A stretch of 64,000 bases of DNA from Paraspadella gotoi (Eukaryota > Animalia > Chaetognatha): the NCBI GenBank assembly GCA_051294375.1, contig CM119266.1:10701571-10765570 (forward strand), in the 5' to 3' direction. The first letter of the stretch is position 1. Each line of letters starts with the position of its first letter. Positions 62,443 through 64,000 of this stretch are shown piece by piece. A program made the translations under genes and the position numbers. The notes under the pieces were generated by a model. That model saw only the letters and a program-made list of their open reading frames with translations, made no database searches and was not told the origin of the DNA.

Positions 62443-62610
62443 TCAATGCGCCTTGAAAACAAAACGGCTCTTCCCATCGACCGAAGCTTCACTACTAGCG
62501 CCTTCTTCCTCGCCGCTTTGAACGCCATCTTGTTTACGTCTCTCGGCCTCGTTTTGATTGTTGCTCAGAAAGCCAATCGAGTCGGTCTTTTGACGACGGC
62601 TTTCGGAGAA
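62443..62610 (-). CDS. Possible terminal exon of a gene extending beyond the window
   Basis: Acceptor CCTTACTTTGATAG followed by 55 codons, FSESRRQKTDSIGFLSNNQNEAERRKQDGVQSGEEEGASSEASVDGKSRFVFKAH*. No homology recognised. Confidence 0.25.
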   Translation of the reverse strand, partial: FSESRRQKTDSIGFLSNNQNEAERRKQDGVQSGEEEGASSEASVDGKSRFVFKAH

Positions 62611-64000
62611 CTATCAAAGTAAGGCTGATGGGAAATATCATCGTGATGTCGGAGACAATCGGAGTCGGAGTTTCAAGAAAATTGAAAACGGTTCATCACG
62701 ATTCACGAACCCTATTAAATGTATTTATATAATAATTTTTTTATATTTCATCTGTTTCTGATTTTTTTCTTCTTTTAATTTGTATGACTGTTTTTAATAC
62801 TGTTTTAATGTTGTTTATTATACTTGTACACACTGTGGGTCTTGATCTAGGCATAATTTTATTTTAGTATCAAGCTATACCGTGCGGATAAATATTTGTA
62901 CCTACAGAGAAAATAAATGAAAAATGAAAAATTACATTTTTTTCAAAAACCTCTTTTTCTTTTACTCCACACACCTGTATTTTTAATCAAAAAGAGTGAA
63001 TTCAATTAATAAAAAGTTAAATAACAAATAAGTAAGTTAATCTTTTATCTTTGTATTTAAAGCCTCATAAGTCACTGAAAATTTGACTTGACTTTAATAT
63101 TTTCCAACACGATAACTGCCATAGCCTAGAATAATATTAATTTATTTTTTCGTAAGAATTTTCGCTGATTATGTTTGGTTTAAATTAAACTTGTAATTTT
63201 ACTCTGATGCTGACATTGACTTTTGGGATATTTACAAATACCAAACACTTTTATTTCAATTAAATTTTATGTTATTCATTGTGATTGAAACCATTGCGAA
63301 TTTTTTAATGTAAATACTTTTTGATAATTTAAACTTTTACAATAAATTTATTTTGGTATACTAGAGCTTTCCTATTTTTATTTTTTGTTAGTTTATTAGA
63401 ACGTTAGACGTAATTTAATTTAGCTACTGAGCCCGAACAAACTAGAAACGATAACAAGGAAACACTATCATTTTGTGAACTTTTTTTCACGTTGTGGGCA
63501 CGTAAAAATTGACGCTTTAAAAGTTTAGATTCGAAACAAGAATAAGGAAAAAATGAATATTTTGTTACAAATTATAAAATCCGTTAAACTTAATGATGCT
63601 AGTCATTAAATATGAACGTACTATTGACCTATAATATGGAAGTACTACTATCATTCACTTGCAAATCTACTCGAGTAATTGAATGCTGATGAAAGATAAG
63701 TATAGAATCAGAACATTTTTTGACGCTAAAATGGACAGAGGGCGCGTTAAATATATTCGTTAGTCAATGTTACACAATAAATAATAATAAATAAACAAAA
63801 AGCAAACAAAGAAAAACGAAATAAAGATAAGATATTATATTGGTTGTACCAATTTCATATTATCGCAACAAAACAACTCTCTGAAAAAATTTTGCTCTTT
63901 TGTTTTTTGCTTACTATCTGATGTCCAAAGGGGTCGTTTTAGTTTGACGGAATTCACATGTGAACAACGATGAAACTATTCGAGTAGTAAATGTATTTCC

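Noticed and set aside
62409-62528. 39-aa minus-strand ORF vaguely like ribosomal protein bL33 (KKALVVKLRSMG)
   Set aside because: It lacks the GTG and KYDP motifs and stops early.

Overview
Intron-rich genomic DNA from an AT-rich animal, probably an invertebrate; it is not prokaryotic, and most track ORFs are exon fragments or microsatellite noise. The first 29 kb hold five genes that I could splice by hand. (1) An SLC7 L-type amino-acid transporter light chain (+, 10 exons, 498 aa). (2) An EFCAB10-like gene nested on the same strand inside intron 3 of that transporter. (3) A 17-exon membrane EGF-EGF-ZP protein (-, about 629 aa). (4) Core-binding factor beta (-). (5) Enhancer of Polycomb (+, 10 exons, about 1498 aa). 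There are also two orphan gene candidates. Introns and the 29-41 kb region are crowded with non-autonomous mobile DNA: foldback MITEs, a 3-kb element with about 830-bp TIRs, Helentron-type (DINE-1/HINE-like) elements, tandem tRNA-derived SINEs, and MITEs carrying telomere-like (CCCTAA) arrays. Three Penelope-like palindromic remnants carry distinct minimal hammerhead-ribozyme motifs, one of them next to a GIY-YIG C-terminus. The 41-62 kb region is CpG- and (CT/GA)n-rich, gapped and error-laden; its 3-kb 'tandem repeats' look like redundant long-read gap fill. All gene models and folds were made by eye and need computational confirmation.
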